This document shows positions 49,754 through 61,526 of a DNA stretch of 64,000 nt, piece by piece. The translations under genes were made by a program, and so were the position numbers. The DNA comes from Ostreococcus lucimarinus. Its lineage: Eukaryota. The stretch is from the NCBI GenBank assembly GCA_000092065.1, contig CP000594.1. One strand, given 5' to 3'. Under the pieces are notes generated by a model. That model did not search any database. It saw nothing but the letters and a program-made list of their open reading frames with translations, and was not told the origin of the DNA. Within the stretch, counting starts at the first letter, position 1. Each line of letters starts with the position of its first letter.

Positions 49754-52700
49754 TTACGCCGCTTGGGCGAGCATTTGCGTGTCCGTCTTCAAGCGAGCCT
49801 CGTGAGACGAAATCGCCGCGCTCAACGCGTCGCAAAGCTGTTGAAGAGAATCGTCGTTCGCACAACGATCGCGCGCGTCGAAGATCAAATCCATCGGGAA
49901 CCAGCACGCAGCGTGCGCGGTGCGGTCGATGGCCGAGCGCTTGGCCCAGAACGAGAGTTCTTTGAGCGCCAACTGAGCGGCGTCCTCGGCGCGGTTGAAC
50001 GCGAGGTAGATGCGCAAGAGCGCCGCGGGATCCGCCCCGCGTCTTGCCATACCACCGCCGCTGAAAAGCGCAGTAGGGTTGACAAAACGTTTGATGAGCC
50101 AGCTCGGGAGCGCTAGCTTGGCGTTGACAGCGAGAATCGACCGAGCGGTGGCTTCAGAGAGGGCAAAGTTGCGTTCCGGCGCGTCGAAGCGCTCGACAAA
50201 GGCGCGCAACTCGTTCCAGTACGTGTCGACGGACGTGACCGGCGCTTCGACCCCGATTAATCCCGCGATCGCTTGCAAGTCGCTTGCTCGAGCGTTCCAA
50301 CGCTTCAACGCAGCGTCTTGTTCGGCTTGCAGGACGGACGCATCGCCAACTTGAGCCATGCTCGCGCGCGCCGCCATGGCACCAGCGATTAAAGCGAGCG
50401 AAGACGTGAGCTTTTCGCCATCCAACCACGCGGTGCAAAGCGTCTTGGCGGCCGCGAAGCAACCGTACGCAATCAAGCTTTGCACTAAGTCTTGAATGAC
50501 TTTTCGAGGTTCACTATCGACGTGAAGCATAGCGGTTTCGCAGCCCACGTGCAAGAGTTCTAGGCGAGCGGCGGAGAGCACGTACTCACGGGTGACGGTG
50601 GCCAGAGGACTCTTCTTCGTATCCAGTCCACTCGAAACAACATTTACTGAAGAAACATCATCGTTTCCTTCCATGTGTTCATCCTCTACGACCGTTTCAA
50701 AGCTCACCGAACAGGGATCCGACACCATGGCCAAGGCGTTGGCGGAGGAGAGCGCCGCCGAGGCATGACGCGCGAGAGCGTCGACCAGCTCGTCGTACGT
50801 TACGTCGGGTTTACGAGCGATCTCGATCGTGTGCTCGCTCAAACGATTGGCGTACTCGTGCATGGATACTGCCGCTTTGGCTGGGTCCCCACGACTCAAG
50901 TAGAATCCGTACAAGATCTCGCTCGGCGACGGCTGCGAGTCCACTGGCGCTGTGGACGCCCTACCCTCGAGCGCGTTTATGATTGTGTCGTAATGCGTTC
51001 GCTCGCTTTCATCCAAGCAAAGCGTGCTCAGCACCGCGCCACCGTTCTTCGCACCCCTTTCACAAACACTGGCGACGAGTCGACGCATCGCCGCCGCCTG
51101 GCGATGCTCGCCCGCAGTGCTCGCAGCGGCGCAATACGCCGCGCGCCAATCCCCGGCGTCCGTGGCGTATTGCAACGCATTGGCCCACAATCGTGCACTT
51201 TGGTTTTCATCATCTCGAACCTCATGCAGCGCTGCGTATGCGGCCGCCTGAGCGCCTGGAGCGCATCCGAGACGCTCGAAGAACAGCATGACAATTTCGT
51301 AGTACTCCAAGCGCGAGACGACGTCGTTTGGAAACGCGGCGTCGTCGGTACCCATCAGAATGCTTTGAATCACTCGCAACAGCTGCACGAGGAGGGAGTC
51401 GACTGGACCAGCGACTTCTGGAACAAACGCAGCCGCTCTACTGAATAATGCGATCGCGCTGTCGATCGAGGCGTTGCGCTCGGCGTTTGCGTCGTCGGTT
51501 TGATTGAGACCGACCAAATCCGCGCACGTCCACAGCGCTTGCAGAAACAGCGGTGCCGGCGCGTCGAACGGCGCCTTGGCGACCGATTCGCTTCCGGGGA
51601 CTTGCTGCCGAGCAAACGCAAGTAGCGTGCCGAGGGCGTCGACTTCGCCAGAGGCGTAGAGTGTGGTACCGATCTCTATCACTCGTCGCGTGTGAGACGA
51701 AGGTTCGTCGTCGCTGGCGTCGAGCGCTGAGGCGAGTAAGGTACCGGCGCTTCGCAAGCGATCGCCCACGGAAGAAGAGCATTCGAGAATATCAGGATGT
51801 TCTAAATTCGCGAGGGTGACCGCCAAGCGAGGCGGATCTTCGCGGTTGATGCTCAAGCTCGATCTGCGCTCCGTCAGGAGCCAAGAGGAGAGAATCGCCG
51901 AGCGATACGCGCTCATCGCAGCGGGCAAAGCATTGGTGATGGAGTCGGCGGCGTCAGCGGCGAAGCCAATCTTTGGACCGAGTCGAATGCATCCCAAAAG
52001 AAGCACTAATCCGCGCGACACCTCCACGCGTGCCCGAGTTTGTTGCTTGGTGGCGTTCAAAACCAACGCGACAAACTGCGATTCGTCCATCTCACTCGCC
52101 TCGTCGTCGACGGCGCCGAGGCTTCGTCCCTCCGATGGCAGAGTCCATTCATCAACGCGCTCACGAAGCGCTTGCGCTGGCTCTGCAAGCGTGCTCAGCG
52201 CATCTTGTAACAGACGGATGACGATTCTTTGCTTGGCGCGCCTCGAAGCCTTTCGGGATTTCGCTTGCGTCTCGGTTTCGTCGCTCTGCACCGCTGGAAA
52301 GACGTCACCGATCAACACTCCAGCGAAAGACTCAAGCCAATCTTTTGTGGTGTGGCTCGACGCTTCGATGTTTTCGTCGTAATTGTCGAACGCCGTCGCC
52401 TTGCTTGAGGTTGACGTGTCCACGCACAATCCACCGGCGATTAAATCCATCGCCGAGCACGCCGAGCTACCGAGAACGCTGTTCAAACGCGCAAACAGAG
52501 CGGTGAGCGCCGACACCACTTGTCGTTTACCACCACTAAAGTTCAACATCGGCGAATCCTCGTTCGTGATTTGTGCGCGAAGCAGAGACTCTTCAACGTC
52601 GTCGCCTGCCCGAATGGCGCCCAGCGCGTCGCCCGCGCGCAGTAGCACGAGGGACGACGACCACGACGCGTCCGTGTCCAAAAGGAAGGCCATCGGCGCG

Positions 52701-54241
52701 TGCGCGCGCGACCACTCACGAGCATACGTAGGCGCTACGCGACACCACGTCTCCACGACGCGCTGGATGCTGGCGTTCGCCCCAGCCGCGGCGACGAGCG
52801 CGTCGCTCGCGGTTTTCGCTTCGTCCAAACCGAGCTCATCGCAGGTATTTTGCAACGCCAGCTCCGAGCTCAAACCTCGTAGAGCGATTTCACTGGCTAA
52901 GCTGTTCGCCACAGAGGCCGCAGTGTACCCATTTAGCTTACCAAACCTTCGGAGGAGTTCAACCGCCGCGCCGTTGCCTCGACCGGCGTGCCCCCACTCG
53001 GCGAGCACGTTGGCTTCGACGTCGCCGCATCGAAGATCTCGCGCGCGATGGAGCGCGTCCAGCGGCCAGGACAGTAGAGTCGAAGTCGAAGTGGACGATG
53101 CGTCGTCGTCGTCGAAATTCTCGAGCGCAGCGACGACGCTATCGGGCGTCAGCGCGAGCGCACGAGCGACGCCCTTGGATCCCTCGATGGACGACCCGAA
53201 AGCCAACGCGCCGTGCTTGACCGTGTAGAACGCCAAGGTGGCGGCATCCGCAGCTGTTTCGATCGTTGTCGTTGCTGCGGCGGCTTCGTCGTCTGCCTCC
53301 ACTGGCGCTAATCTAGAGGACACTACGACGTTCAACGTGAGACCTTTCTCCGACGGCGCGCACGCGAACGACGTCGCCACGCGATCCGGCGCGGGCGTCT
53401 TCGTCCCGGGTGCGGGAGGCAAGTGCGATCCGCACACGCGCGAGACCTTCGCGGTTGCCGGTTTTAGCGAACCATCGGTTGTTCTGGCTTGCGAGGCGTG
53501 AATGGCGTTTGTGACGTCCCAAACCTGCACGAAGCCGTCCGACGAGAGCGTGGCCACCAAGTCCTTCGCCCCGACGCGCACGCACCGAGGGGTCACGTCC
53601 ACCACCGCCTGCCCGCTCGAACCCTTGATTGTGTTCCAAACTCGACTCAGCGTCGACGTCTGAAGCTCACACACCGTGGTTAACCTATCGGTTCGAACGA
53701 TCGCGCATCCGCTCGCGTCGCACAAAATAGCCGCCGCAGCGCCGCACGCCCCGATTCTCTGTACCCCACTCATCGAGCTCGGCGCCCGACCGACGATCGC
53801 TTCGTAGGATCCATCGTCATCGAAATCACCATCCAACCGCACGCGCACGCGCACGACGAACGCCCCATCGGCGGTCGCCAACACGACGTCGACCCGTTCG
53901 CCGTCCGACGCGCACGCGCACGACGGCGCCAACGCGCTCGGCGTCACCACGCGCACCGCCCACCCGCGCGTGCTCTTAATCACGCACACGTCTCCACCGA
54001 ACTCCCCGCCGACGTTCCACGCGATGACGTCTCCGGTCTTCGAGTCGACGACGCCGCCGCCGCGCGCCCCTCGGGCGCCGTCGCTCGGCGTCTCGCCGCC
54101 CTCGCCCCGATGTCGCTTCGACGCCCTCCAATCGTCCGCGGACGCCCGCACGCCCGCGTCGACGTCGACGACGAACGTCCGCGCTCGCGTCGTCGACGTC
54201 GCGCGCGCCGTCGCGCGCGGGGTTTCGCACGCGACGGACAT
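49754..54241 (-). CDS. Very large (1495 aa) protein with an N-terminal beta-propeller-like region and a long alpha-solenoid. Possibly nucleoporin Nup160/Nup120-like; the family call is tentative.
   Basis: Genuine ATG. An N-terminal about 350 aa with WD-like strands (DVIAWNVGGEFGGDVCVIKS...GFVQVWDV). The remainder is helical repeats. The size and architecture fit the Nup160 class, but no diagnostic motif was verified. Confidence 0.4.
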   Translation of the reverse strand: MSVACETPRATARATSTTRARTFVVDVDAGVRASADDWRASKRHRGEGGETPSDGARGARGGGVVDSKTGDVIAWNVGGEFGGDVCVIKSTRGWAVRVVTPSALAPSCACASDGERVDVVLATADGAFVVRVRVRLDGDFDDDGSYEAIVGRAPSSMSGVQRIGACGAAAAILCDASGCAIVRTDRLTTVCELQTSTLSRVWNTIKGSSGQAVVDVTPRCVRVGAKDLVATLSSDGFVQVWDVTNAIHASQARTTDGSLKPATAKVSRVCGSHLPPAPGTKTPAPDRVATSFACAPSEKGLTLNVVVSSRLAPVEADDEAAAATTTIETAADAATLAFYTVKHGALAFGSSIEGSKGVARALALTPDSVVAALENFDDDDASSTSTSTLLSWPLDALHRARDLRCGDVEANVLAEWGHAGRGNGAAVELLRRFGKLNGYTAASVANSLASEIALRGLSSELALQNTCDELGLDEAKTASDALVAAAGANASIQRVVETWCRVAPTYAREWSRAHAPMAFLLDTDASWSSSLVLLRAGDALGAIRAGDDVEESLLRAQITNEDSPMLNFSGGKRQVVSALTALFARLNSVLGSSACSAMDLIAGGLCVDTSTSSKATAFDNYDENIEASSHTTKDWLESFAGVLIGDVFPAVQSDETETQAKSRKASRRAKQRIVIRLLQDALSTLAEPAQALRERVDEWTLPSEGRSLGAVDDEASEMDESQFVALVLNATKQQTRARVEVSRGLVLLLGCIRLGPKIGFAADAADSITNALPAAMSAYRSAILSSWLLTERRSSLSINREDPPRLAVTLANLEHPDILECSSSVGDRLRSAGTLLASALDASDDEPSSHTRRVIEIGTTLYASGEVDALGTLLAFARQQVPGSESVAKAPFDAPAPLFLQALWTCADLVGLNQTDDANAERNASIDSAIALFSRAAAFVPEVAGPVDSLLVQLLRVIQSILMGTDDAAFPNDVVSRLEYYEIVMLFFERLGCAPGAQAAAYAALHEVRDDENQSARLWANALQYATDAGDWRAAYCAAASTAGEHRQAAAMRRLVASVCERGAKNGGAVLSTLCLDESERTHYDTIINALEGRASTAPVDSQPSPSEILYGFYLSRGDPAKAAVSMHEYANRLSEHTIEIARKPDVTYDELVDALARHASAALSSANALAMVSDPCSVSFETVVEDEHMEGNDDVSSVNVVSSGLDTKKSPLATVTREYVLSAARLELLHVGCETAMLHVDSEPRKVIQDLVQSLIAYGCFAAAKTLCTAWLDGEKLTSSLALIAGAMAARASMAQVGDASVLQAEQDAALKRWNARASDLQAIAGLIGVEAPVTSVDTYWNELRAFVERFDAPERNFALSEATARSILAVNAKLALPSWLIKRFVNPTALFSGGGMARRGADPAALLRIYLAFNRAEDAAQLALKELSFWAKRSAIDRTAHAACWFPMDLIFDARDRCANDDSLQQLCDALSAAISSHEARLKTDTQMLAQAA

Positions 54242-54691
54242 TGATGCGTTCGAATCGTTGAGCGATTTCGAGTCGTTTCGCGGCGGTTTCGTCGGCGCGA
54301 CGGGGTCTTCGGCGCGAGCGACGCGCGCGAGACGGTCGTCCGCGCGCGTTCTTTCGTCGGCGCGGCGCGCGAGCGACGGAAGCGCGGTAGCGCGCGCGAA
54401 AGTGCAGCGATAGGCGATGGGTGTGGCATCTTTTGTCGGCGTCGGCGCGGCGACGCGCGCGAGGACGGCGGTGAATGAATGGTTTGATATTTTATTGCAA
54501 CGCGTAAACGTACGTCTAGTTGCCCTTGGCGGCTTCTTTTTCCTTCTTCTTGAGCTCGCGCGCCGCCTTCGCGGCGGCGCCGGCGTCTTCTCCCAAATAC
54601 TGTTGCGCGTACACGTTCGACTGTCAGTCTCGGTTCGCGATCGAGGGTCGCATCGCGCGCGTTCGTGCGGTCGTCGTGTCGCATCGCATCG

Positions 54692-57600
54692 TCAACTAAC
54701 CTGGTCCAAGTCCCAATCCGAGTCTGTGGTTATGTCCTGGCCAGCGGCTAATTTAGCCGCTCTCGTCTTTTGCATAGCCTTGATCTCCTTGCGAGACAAC
54801 TTCTTCTTCGGTCCCTTGACCTTAACCTTGTTCCCGAGCGCGTCGACGGTGTCCTCTTGGACTTCGAATTCAACCTTGGCACCCTTAGCGGACTTGCCTT
54901 GACCCCACTTGTTACCTTCAATTTCAACAAAACCATTACCCGGAACGTTCCACGTTTCTTCCTTCAACGCATCGGCGAATTCGCAGTTGTGCGTGATGAG
55001 AAGAACGCCACCGTCGTATTCCTTGACGGCGCACGCGAGCGCGCCGAGGGCGTCGCGATCCAAATAGTTGGTCGGTTCGTCCATGACGACGATGTGCGGT
55101 TGCTGCCACATGGCGGAACCGAGCACGAGCTTAACCTTTTGGCCACCGGAAAGACCCTTGATGCGGTTGTGGGTACCGAATTCGGCATCCAAACCAAAGT
55201 CGATCAAGTGCTTCTCGACGTTCGCTTGCGTGAGCGGGCGCGCGTACAAGCCCGCGCGAGCGGCTTCGCGCTCGTCAACGCGGTTGAGGTACTTGGTGAA
55301 ACCATACTTTTCGAGCTTTTCGCGCTCCATCCAAGAGTTGGAGTCCATGGAGAGACCCTTCCATTGGCACTCGTACTCGTACTTGGACTTCTTTTGGCGG
55401 CGACCAAGAATCTTCTCGACGACGAGCTTGAGAATGGAACCATCCTCTTGCGGGACCGGAATCTTTTCCTTCATCATGCGCTCTTCCTCTTCGGTGTATT
55501 GCGCGGTGACCTTGGTCAAGTTTTCCTTGTCTTCGCCCGTGGAGAAACGCCAGCGGATGTATTCGTTCGGCGTTTTGTCCAAGTGCTGCTCGACGTGATG
55601 GAACGCGTGCTGCGCGACGTACGCGTAACGCATGTTCGGGTGACGCCAGACGGTACCCTGGTCCGGTTCGGCTTCACCGGTGAGAAGCTTGATGAAGGTA
55701 GACTTACCAGCACCGTTCGGGCCGAGGCACGCGACACGAGAGCTCAAAGAGAGCTGAATGGTCGCGTCTTGGATGATTTGACGCGTCGTGTTCGGGTACT
55801 TGAACCAGCACTTGGTCGCCTTGACGATGGCCTTGTCCTTGTTCTTCACGCCCTCGAGGAAACCCGGAACCGGGAAGATGAACTTGAGTTCGTCGTTGGA
55901 GAGCTCGGTGTACTTCTTCGCCGCCGGGCACTGCTTGACGAATTCGGTGAGATTACCTCTGTACGTCACCAACTTGCGGTTCTCGTAGTGAATGATGTGA
56001 GTACACACGCGATCCAAGAAACCGGAATCGTGAGACACAATCATGGAGGAAACTTGCGTTTGCGAGTTGAGGTACTCTTCCAACCACGCGACGTTCTTCA
56101 CGTCCAAGTGGTTCGTCGGCTCATCGAGTAACAAAATGTCCGCCTTCATGAGGATGGCGCGCGCGAGCGCGAGCTTCATCTTCCAGCCACCGGAGAGGGC
56201 GACAACCGGGCCGTTGATCATCTCGTCGGTGAATTGGAAAGAGGAGAGCGTGGAAGCGACAGATTCCTTGCTCGTGCCGTGGCCTTGGATGACAGAGTCG
56301 GAGAGAACGAACTCAACGACGTTCATCGTGTGTTGATCACCCTGGATGTCGTGCTCGACGTACACCGTGCGGAGTTCCTCCGGCGGCGGGAAGTTTTCGA
56401 CTTGGCCGTTGTTGATAGCCTTCATCAAAGTGGACTTACCGCAACCGTTCGGGCCGCACAGACCGTAACGCTTACCCTTCTTCATGTGAAGCGTGGCGTT
56501 GTTCAGCAAAATGAGCGCACCGTACGCCAAAGAGAAGTCGCACTTGCAAAGATCTTCGCCTTCTTCGTCCTCGACGACGAAGACCTTCTTGGAGGCTTCG
56601 TACACGGCGTGAGCGCGTTCGACGAGAGACTTGGTCATGGCATCGGCCTCGGAGAAGAAAAGCTTCAAGTAAGAGGTCGCGCAAGACTTGGTCCAGGTGT
56701 CGAGATCGAAGTTCTTCGCCAACAACGCGTTGGCGGACAAGGAGCAAATGTAGTCAAAGTACACCTTGACGCCGTCGCCTTGGACAAACTTCGTGACGTC
56801 TTCCTTGGAAGAACCGGAGGATTCGGCCAAAAGCGCGATGAACTGCTCGCTGACGGTTTCTTCGTTGTAGACACCCTTGCCTTCTTGGCCATCTTCGGCA
56901 CCGGTTTCGTTGCCCGCGGCTTGGAGCAAAGTCTTGTACGCGCGAGTACACACTTGGCGGCACTCCGGGTCGGCGACTTCGTCCATGGCGCGCTTCAAAA
57001 GCGGCAAAAGCTTGGGCAAGAACGGCGCGGCATCCATCGGATCTTCGACAAGTTTGCACATGTTGTCAATGATGACGGCAGACTTACGCTTGATCGGGGT
57101 GGTTTGCTGGAAGAACAAACCGCGCTGGAGAAGCGGACCCAGGAGGGAGAGCGTCGGGGATTCAACTTGTTGAACAAAAGTCGTCGCCGCGAGCTTGTGC
57201 ACGCATTCCGGAACTTCATCGACGTTGTTGATGCATTCAATCAAGGTCGGGATGAAAGGCTCGATGTCCAAGTTACCGACGCACGTCGCAACCTTGGCCA
57301 TGGACGCGGTGGACGCCTCCTTGACTTCCGAGCGCATGTGCACCATGACTTGCGCGAGCTCCGGGATGATTTCCGGCAAGTTCGCCGCGACCGCCTTGCG
57401 GTTGCGATCGACGAAAGCATCGAGCACACGCAAAGCAGCCATGGTGGACTGCCAGAACTGAGACTGAAAACCAACAAAGATCGCTCGCAACGCCGGGCGA
57501 ACCGCGAACTCGCTCAACTTGGGCGCGATGGCCGCCACCGCCGCGTCGCCAGCCGCGCGCACATTGCTAGACTTGTTATCACCCGCGAGCGTGATCGCAA

Positions 57601-57787
57601 CCTCGAGCAAATCAATCAAATACGGTTCCTCCGCGAACGAAGCCGCGTTCGCAATCTCCGTAATCTTTTCCGCCGCCGCCTTGCGCGCGTCCTCGTCCTT
57701 CTTCTTCGCCGCCTCCGTCTTGATCCCTTCGACGTCAGCCGGCGTCACCTTCGCCGCCGCGGGCACGTTGCACTTGCTCGGCGCCAT
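54692..57787 (-). CDS. eEF3: Translation elongation factor 3 (eEF3; ABC-F ATPase with N-terminal HEAT repeats, two ABC cassettes and a chromodomain-like insert)
   Basis: Genuine ATG. Walker [15 protein letters not shown] and [17 protein letters not shown] signatures [14 protein letters not shown] and [14 protein letters not shown]. Chromo-like insert [39 protein letters not shown]. 1031 aa. Confidence 0.85.
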   Translation of the reverse strand: MAPSKCNVPAAAKVTPADVEGIKTEAAKKKDEDARKAAAEKITEIANAASFAEEPYLIDLLEVAITLAGDNKSSNVRAAGDAAVAAIAPKLSEFAVRPALRAIFVGFQSQFWQSTMAALRVLDAFVDRNRKAVAANLPEIIPELAQVMVHMRSEVKEASTASMAKVATCVGNLDIEPFIPTLIECINNVDEVPECVHKLAATTFVQQVESPTLSLLGPLLQRGLFFQQTTPIKRKSAVIIDNMCKLVEDPMDAAPFLPKLLPLLKRAMDEVADPECRQVCTRAYKTLLQAAGNETGAEDGQEGKGVYNEETVSEQFIALLAESSGSSKEDVTKFVQGDGVKVYFDYICSLSANALLAKNFDLDTWTKSCATSYLKLFFSEADAMTKSLVERAHAVYEASKKVFVVEDEEGEDLCKCDFSLAYGALILLNNATLHMKKGKRYGLCGPNGCGKSTLMKAINNGQVENFPPPEELRTVYVEHDIQGDQHTMNVVEFVLSDSVIQGHGTSKESVASTLSSFQFTDEMINGPVVALSGGWKMKLALARAILMKADILLLDEPTNHLDVKNVAWLEEYLNSQTQVSSMIVSHDSGFLDRVCTHIIHYENRKLVTYRGNLTEFVKQCPAAKKYTELSNDELKFIFPVPGFLEGVKNKDKAIVKATKCWFKYPNTTRQIIQDATIQLSLSSRVACLGPNGAGKSTFIKLLTGEAEPDQGTVWRHPNMRYAYVAQHAFHHVEQHLDKTPNEYIRWRFSTGEDKENLTKVTAQYTEEEERMMKEKIPVPQEDGSILKLVVEKILGRRQKKSKYEYECQWKGLSMDSNSWMEREKLEKYGFTKYLNRVDEREAARAGLYARPLTQANVEKHLIDFGLDAEFGTHNRIKGLSGGQKVKLVLGSAMWQQPHIVVMDEPTNYLDRDALGALACAVKEYDGGVLLITHNCEFADALKEETWNVPGNGFVEIEGNKWGQGKSAKGAKVEFEVQEDTVDALGNKVKVKGPKKKLSRKEIKAMQKTRAAKLAAGQDITTDSDWDLDQVS

Positions 57788-58483
57788 TATTTACTTTTTG
57801 TCTGCGCAGGTCACGATCGCGCGCGTCCGCGGTTCACCGTCAGTCTTCCTTCTCCCGCGTCCCGTCCCCGCGCGCGCGAAGGGCTTTTTATGGATAGGCT
57901 TGCAGCCGCCACCGCCATCGGCGCGCTTTCGCGACCGTCTCTCCTCCCCCCATCGCCTCCATTCGCCGCGCGCGCGCGCGCGCGCCGTCGACCAATTTTA
58001 CACCATCGATCGCGCGCGCCCGCGCGTCCCGATCGAACGCCCGCCGCGTCGCGCGCGTCGTTCGCGTTCGCCCTCGCGCCGCCGCGCCGCGCGCCATCGC
58101 GCCTAATCATCCCTCGCGTCGCGCGTACCGTCTCCCGTGCGCGGGCGTGCGTGCGTTCGAGCGTCGAGTCGCTGGAACGTATTTATTTCGTCGTGTGTGT
58201 GCGCTGCGCGTCGTGCGTGACGGTCGCAGGCGAGGGAACGCGCGTGAGAGTGCCGCGCGGCGCGTCGCGCGCGACGGTCGCGGGCGAGGGCGCGCGCGCG
58301 TTTTCGCGATGCATCATGACGTGTGCGCATACAGTGAGACATCTATTACGATGCGAAGACGTCGAAAAACGCGCACATGGCGTTTCGAGCGCGCGCAATG
58401 CGATCGCCGCGACGCGCGCGGAGGCGCGTCGCGTCGGCGTCGCGCGCGGCGACGACCAACGACCGCGTCACACGTCGACGACG

Positions 58484-58594
58484 ATGATCGCGGCGTTCGC
58501 GCGACGCGCGCGTCGGGATGCGTGCGGCGCGATGCGGCGCGCGCTCGCGAACACCGCGATGAGGGCGTCGGCGAGCGCGAGCGCGTCCACGAGC

Positions 58595-58628
<34 letters not shown>

Positions 58629-59329
58629 ACGTGCAACAGTTTAGGGTGTATCGCTGGGATCCCGATTCGGGGGACGAACCGAAGTATAAAACCTACGACG
58701 TCGACACGAACGATTGCGGACCGATGATGCTGGACGTGCTGTTTAAGATCAAGGACGAACAGGATCAGACGCTGAGCTTTCGACGATCGTGCAGAGAGGG
58801 GATCTGCGGGTCGTGCGCGATGAACATTAACGGGCGAAACGGATTGGCGTGCCTGACCAAGGTGGAGAAGACGGAGAAGGGGGCGCAGACGATCGCGCCT
58901 CTGCCGCACATGTTCGTGGTGAGAGATTTGGTGGTGGATATGGCGAACTTTTACGCGCAGTATAAGTCGATTGAACCATTTTTGAAGACGAAGAGCGACG
59001 CGCCGGCGAACGGCGCCGAGCGCTTGCAAACCAAGGAAGATCGAGCCAAGCTCGACGGGTTGTACGAGTGCATCTTGTGCGCGTGCTGCTCGACGTCTTG
59101 TCCGTCGTATTGGTGGAACAGCGACAAGTATCTCGGACCCGCGGTGCTACTTCAGGCGTACCGATGGATCATCGACTCGCGCGACGAGTTCACCGAGGAG
59201 CGGTTGGCCAACGTCAACGACGCGTTCAAGTTGTACCGATGTCACACGATCATGAACTGCAGCAAGGTGTGCCCGAAAGGCTTGAATCCAGCGCTTAAGA
59301 TTGCGAAAATTAAGCAAATGGTGGCGTGA
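58484..59329 (+). CDS. SDHB: Succinate dehydrogenase iron-sulfur subunit (complex II, SDHB) with a mitochondrial presequence
   Basis: 2Fe-2S motif [22 protein letters not shown]. 4Fe-4S motif [16 protein letters not shown]. 3Fe-4S motif [17 protein letters not shown]. The start is taken at ATG 58484 ([29 protein letters not shown]). An earlier in-frame ATG is at 58316. The ORF-track ORF 56234..59329 is a read-through artefact, antisense to eEF3. Confidence 0.85.
58596..58630. repeat. (ACG)n trinucleotide repeat in the SDHB presequence region (encodes a Thr10 tract)
   Basis: gacgacgacgacgacgacgacgacgacgacgaacg, read as ACG codons in the SDHB frame (TTTTTTTTTT). Confidence 0.8.
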
Positions 59330-59425
59330 GGACGCATTAACGACGCGAGACGCCGCGAGCGCGCGCGGCGCTTTCATTTAAACTTTAGTACGTGTTTCAA
59401 TTTTCAAGCGCTTCGACGCCGATCA

Positions 59426-59935
59426 TCACAGCTTCTTCGACCGCCAGTTGACGAGCTCGTCGACATCATCGCCGCTATCATCGCTATCGCTATCGCTACG
59501 CGTCGCCGTCCCGACCGTCGGCCGCGCCGTCTTCGCCCCTCCCGCGGCTTCGCGCTTGCGTCGCTTCGCCTCCGCCGCGGCTTCCCTCAACCGATCCACC
59601 CGATCGAAGCACTCCACCTGCTCCGCGATTTCGCCTCGCGTCCGCGACACCGCCTCGGCCTCGGCCCGCTCCATCGCCGCCCGCTCCTCCGCGTCCTCGC
59701 GTTCGCGCTTCTCCCGCGCCGCCGCCGCCGCCGCCGCCGCCGCCGTCGACGCCGCCTCCCTCGCCGCCTCGCTCCCTCGACCTCCTCCCGCGCCCCGCGC
59801 GGGCGCGCGCGTCGCCGACGCGACCGCCGTCGTCCCTCCCGTCGCGCGTCCCGTCGTCGCCGCGCGTCCCGTCGTCGCCGTCGCCTTCACCGCGCCGTCG
59901 AAGAAATCGCTCGGCAGCGCGTTCGACGTCCCCAT
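59426..59935 (-). CDS. Hypothetical small acidic, Ala-rich protein (about 169 aa) with a C-terminal Ser/Asp cluster
   Basis: The first ATG, at 59935, gives MGTSNALPSDFFDGAVK... The C-terminus is RSDSDSDDSGDDVDELVNWRSKKL. The upstream ORF-track extension is Arg-rich and probably untranslated. Confidence 0.4.
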   Translation of the reverse strand: MGTSNALPSDFFDGAVKATATTGRAATTGRATGGTTAVASATRAPARGAGGGRGSEAAREAASTAAAAAAAAAREKREREDAEERAAMERAEAEAVSRTRGEIAEQVECFDRVDRLREAAAEAKRRKREAAGGAKTARPTVGTATRSDSDSDDSGDDVDELVNWRSKKL

Positions 59936-60330
59936 CGCGCGCGCGTCGCTCGCGGCGCGCGCGGTCGCCGCGTCGCGACGCGCGCGCGTTCGCGCGTCCC
60001 GAGGCGGTCGCGCGGCGTCGGCGCGCGCGGCGATGCGGCGCGCCGCGCGGCGACGCGCGCGCGACCGCGACCGCGCGTCCGCGTGTACACACATACCACT
60101 CGAACGCATCTGTATACGATACTCCGTATGTCCGAATAGCATACACAATGCACATACGGACATAAATTTCGAGCATTTGAACGGGGGAAAGAACGCGCGC
60201 GCGAGCTGTCGCGAGATTCGCGCGCGCACACGCCCGCGCGCGAAACAGATCGCGCGAGCGCGCGACGCACGAACGCGCGAACGAACGAGGCATCGAACGA
60301 GGTCGAACGTCGGCGCGCGAAGCGGACGCG

Positions 60331-61320
60331 ATGGGCGGACACTCGATCAACGATGCGTACGAAAAGCTGGAAAAGATTGGACAGGGGACGTACGGGAAGG
60401 TGTACAAGGCGCGCGAACGGGCGAACGGACGGCTGGTGGCGCTGAAGAAGACGAGGTTGGAGATGGAGGAGGAGGGCGTGCCGTCGACGGCGCTGCGAGA
60501 GGTGAGCCTGTTGCAAATGTTGAGCGAGAGCCCGTACATCGTGCGATTGCTTCGCGTCGAGCACGTGGAGGAAGACGGCAAGGCGATGCTGTATCTGGTG
60601 TTCGAATTCTTGGATCAAGATTTGAAGCAATACATGGATATGACTGGACGCGGGCCGACGAACCCGTTGCCGACGAGCGTGGTGCAAAACTACATGTACC
60701 AGCTGTGTTTGGGGTGCGCGCACTTGCACAAGCACGGGGTGATGCATCGGGATTTGAAACCGCAGAACATGCTGGTGGATAAGGCGAAGAATCTGCTCAA
60801 GATTGCGGATTTAGGACTCGGTAGAGCGTTCAGCGTGCCGGTGAAGAGTTACACGCACGAAATCGTCACGCTGTGGTATCGCGCGCCCGAAGTCTTGCTC
60901 GGGGGCTCGCATTACTCCACTCCGGTCGATATGTGGAGCGTCGGGTGTATGTTTGCCGAGATGGCGCGCAAGCAACCGCTTTTCCCGGGTGACTCCGAGC
61001 TTCAACAGTTGTTGCACATCTTCAAGCTTCTCGGAACGCCGAGCGAGCAAACGTGGCCGGGCGTCTCCAACCTTCGCGACTGGCACGAGTTCCCGCAGTG
61101 GAAGCCGCAAGATCTGTCCAAGGTGATCCCGCAGCTCGACGAGCACGGCATCGACTTGCTCTCCAAGCTTCTCGTCTACGATCCTGCCAAGCGCATCCAC
61201 GCCACGGACGCCTTGGAGCACCCGTACTTTGACTCTCTCGACAAGTCGCAGTTCGAGCAAATCGAACGCGAGTTCGAAATCGAGTTCGCGCAAGAAAAGG
61301 AGAATCGCATGGCGCAATGA
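60331..61320 (+). CDS. CDKB: Cyclin-dependent kinase with a PSTALRE cyclin-binding motif (plant/algal B-type CDK-like)
   Basis: Genuine ATG. GQGTYGKVYKA (GxGxxG), PSTALREVSLLQML, HRDLKPQNMLVD, DLGLGRAF, WYRAPEVLLG. 329 aa. Confidence 0.85.
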   Translation: MGGHSINDAYEKLEKIGQGTYGKVYKARERANGRLVALKKTRLEMEEEGVPSTALREVSLLQMLSESPYIVRLLRVEHVEEDGKAMLYLVFEFLDQDLKQYMDMTGRGPTNPLPTSVVQNYMYQLCLGCAHLHKHGVMHRDLKPQNMLVDKAKNLLKIADLGLGRAFSVPVKSYTHEIVTLWYRAPEVLLGGSHYSTPVDMWSVGCMFAEMARKQPLFPGDSELQQLLHIFKLLGTPSEQTWPGVSNLRDWHEFPQWKPQDLSKVIPQLDEHGIDLLSKLLVYDPAKRIHATDALEHPYFDSLDKSQFEQIEREFEIEFAQEKENRMAQ

Positions 61321-61526
61321 TTCACTCGTCGCACGACCGATCGACGCACGATCAGCGGTTTTCACCGCTAACTTAATCACTCACACTTCATTGTATTCTA
61401 CACTACAATCGTCGAAGCCAAAGTCGCCGCGCTATCCACTCGTCGCGCGCGTCCCGCCGCCCCGACCTCAGAACGTCGCGTCTCGCCCGACGCCTCGCTC
61501 GCGCGCGCGGACGACGGTTCGTCACC

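Noticed and set aside
54770-56131. 453-aa plus-strand ORF
   Set aside because: It is antisense to the well-supported eEF3 gene. It has no domain signal and is repetitive V/L/R/D-rich sequence.
21058-58630. Tandem repeats as possible CRISPR arrays
   Set aside because: All the repeats seen are 3-6-nt microsatellites or a single 21-nt duplication. They have no spacer structure. The genome is eukaryotic and no cas genes are present.
56234-59329. 1031-aa plus-strand ORF in the track
   Set aside because: Only its last 846 nt (SDHB) are real. The remainder is the antisense of eEF3 and reads as low-complexity R/A/G-rich sequence. It is an artefact of high GC, which leaves few stops, and of permissive start codons.
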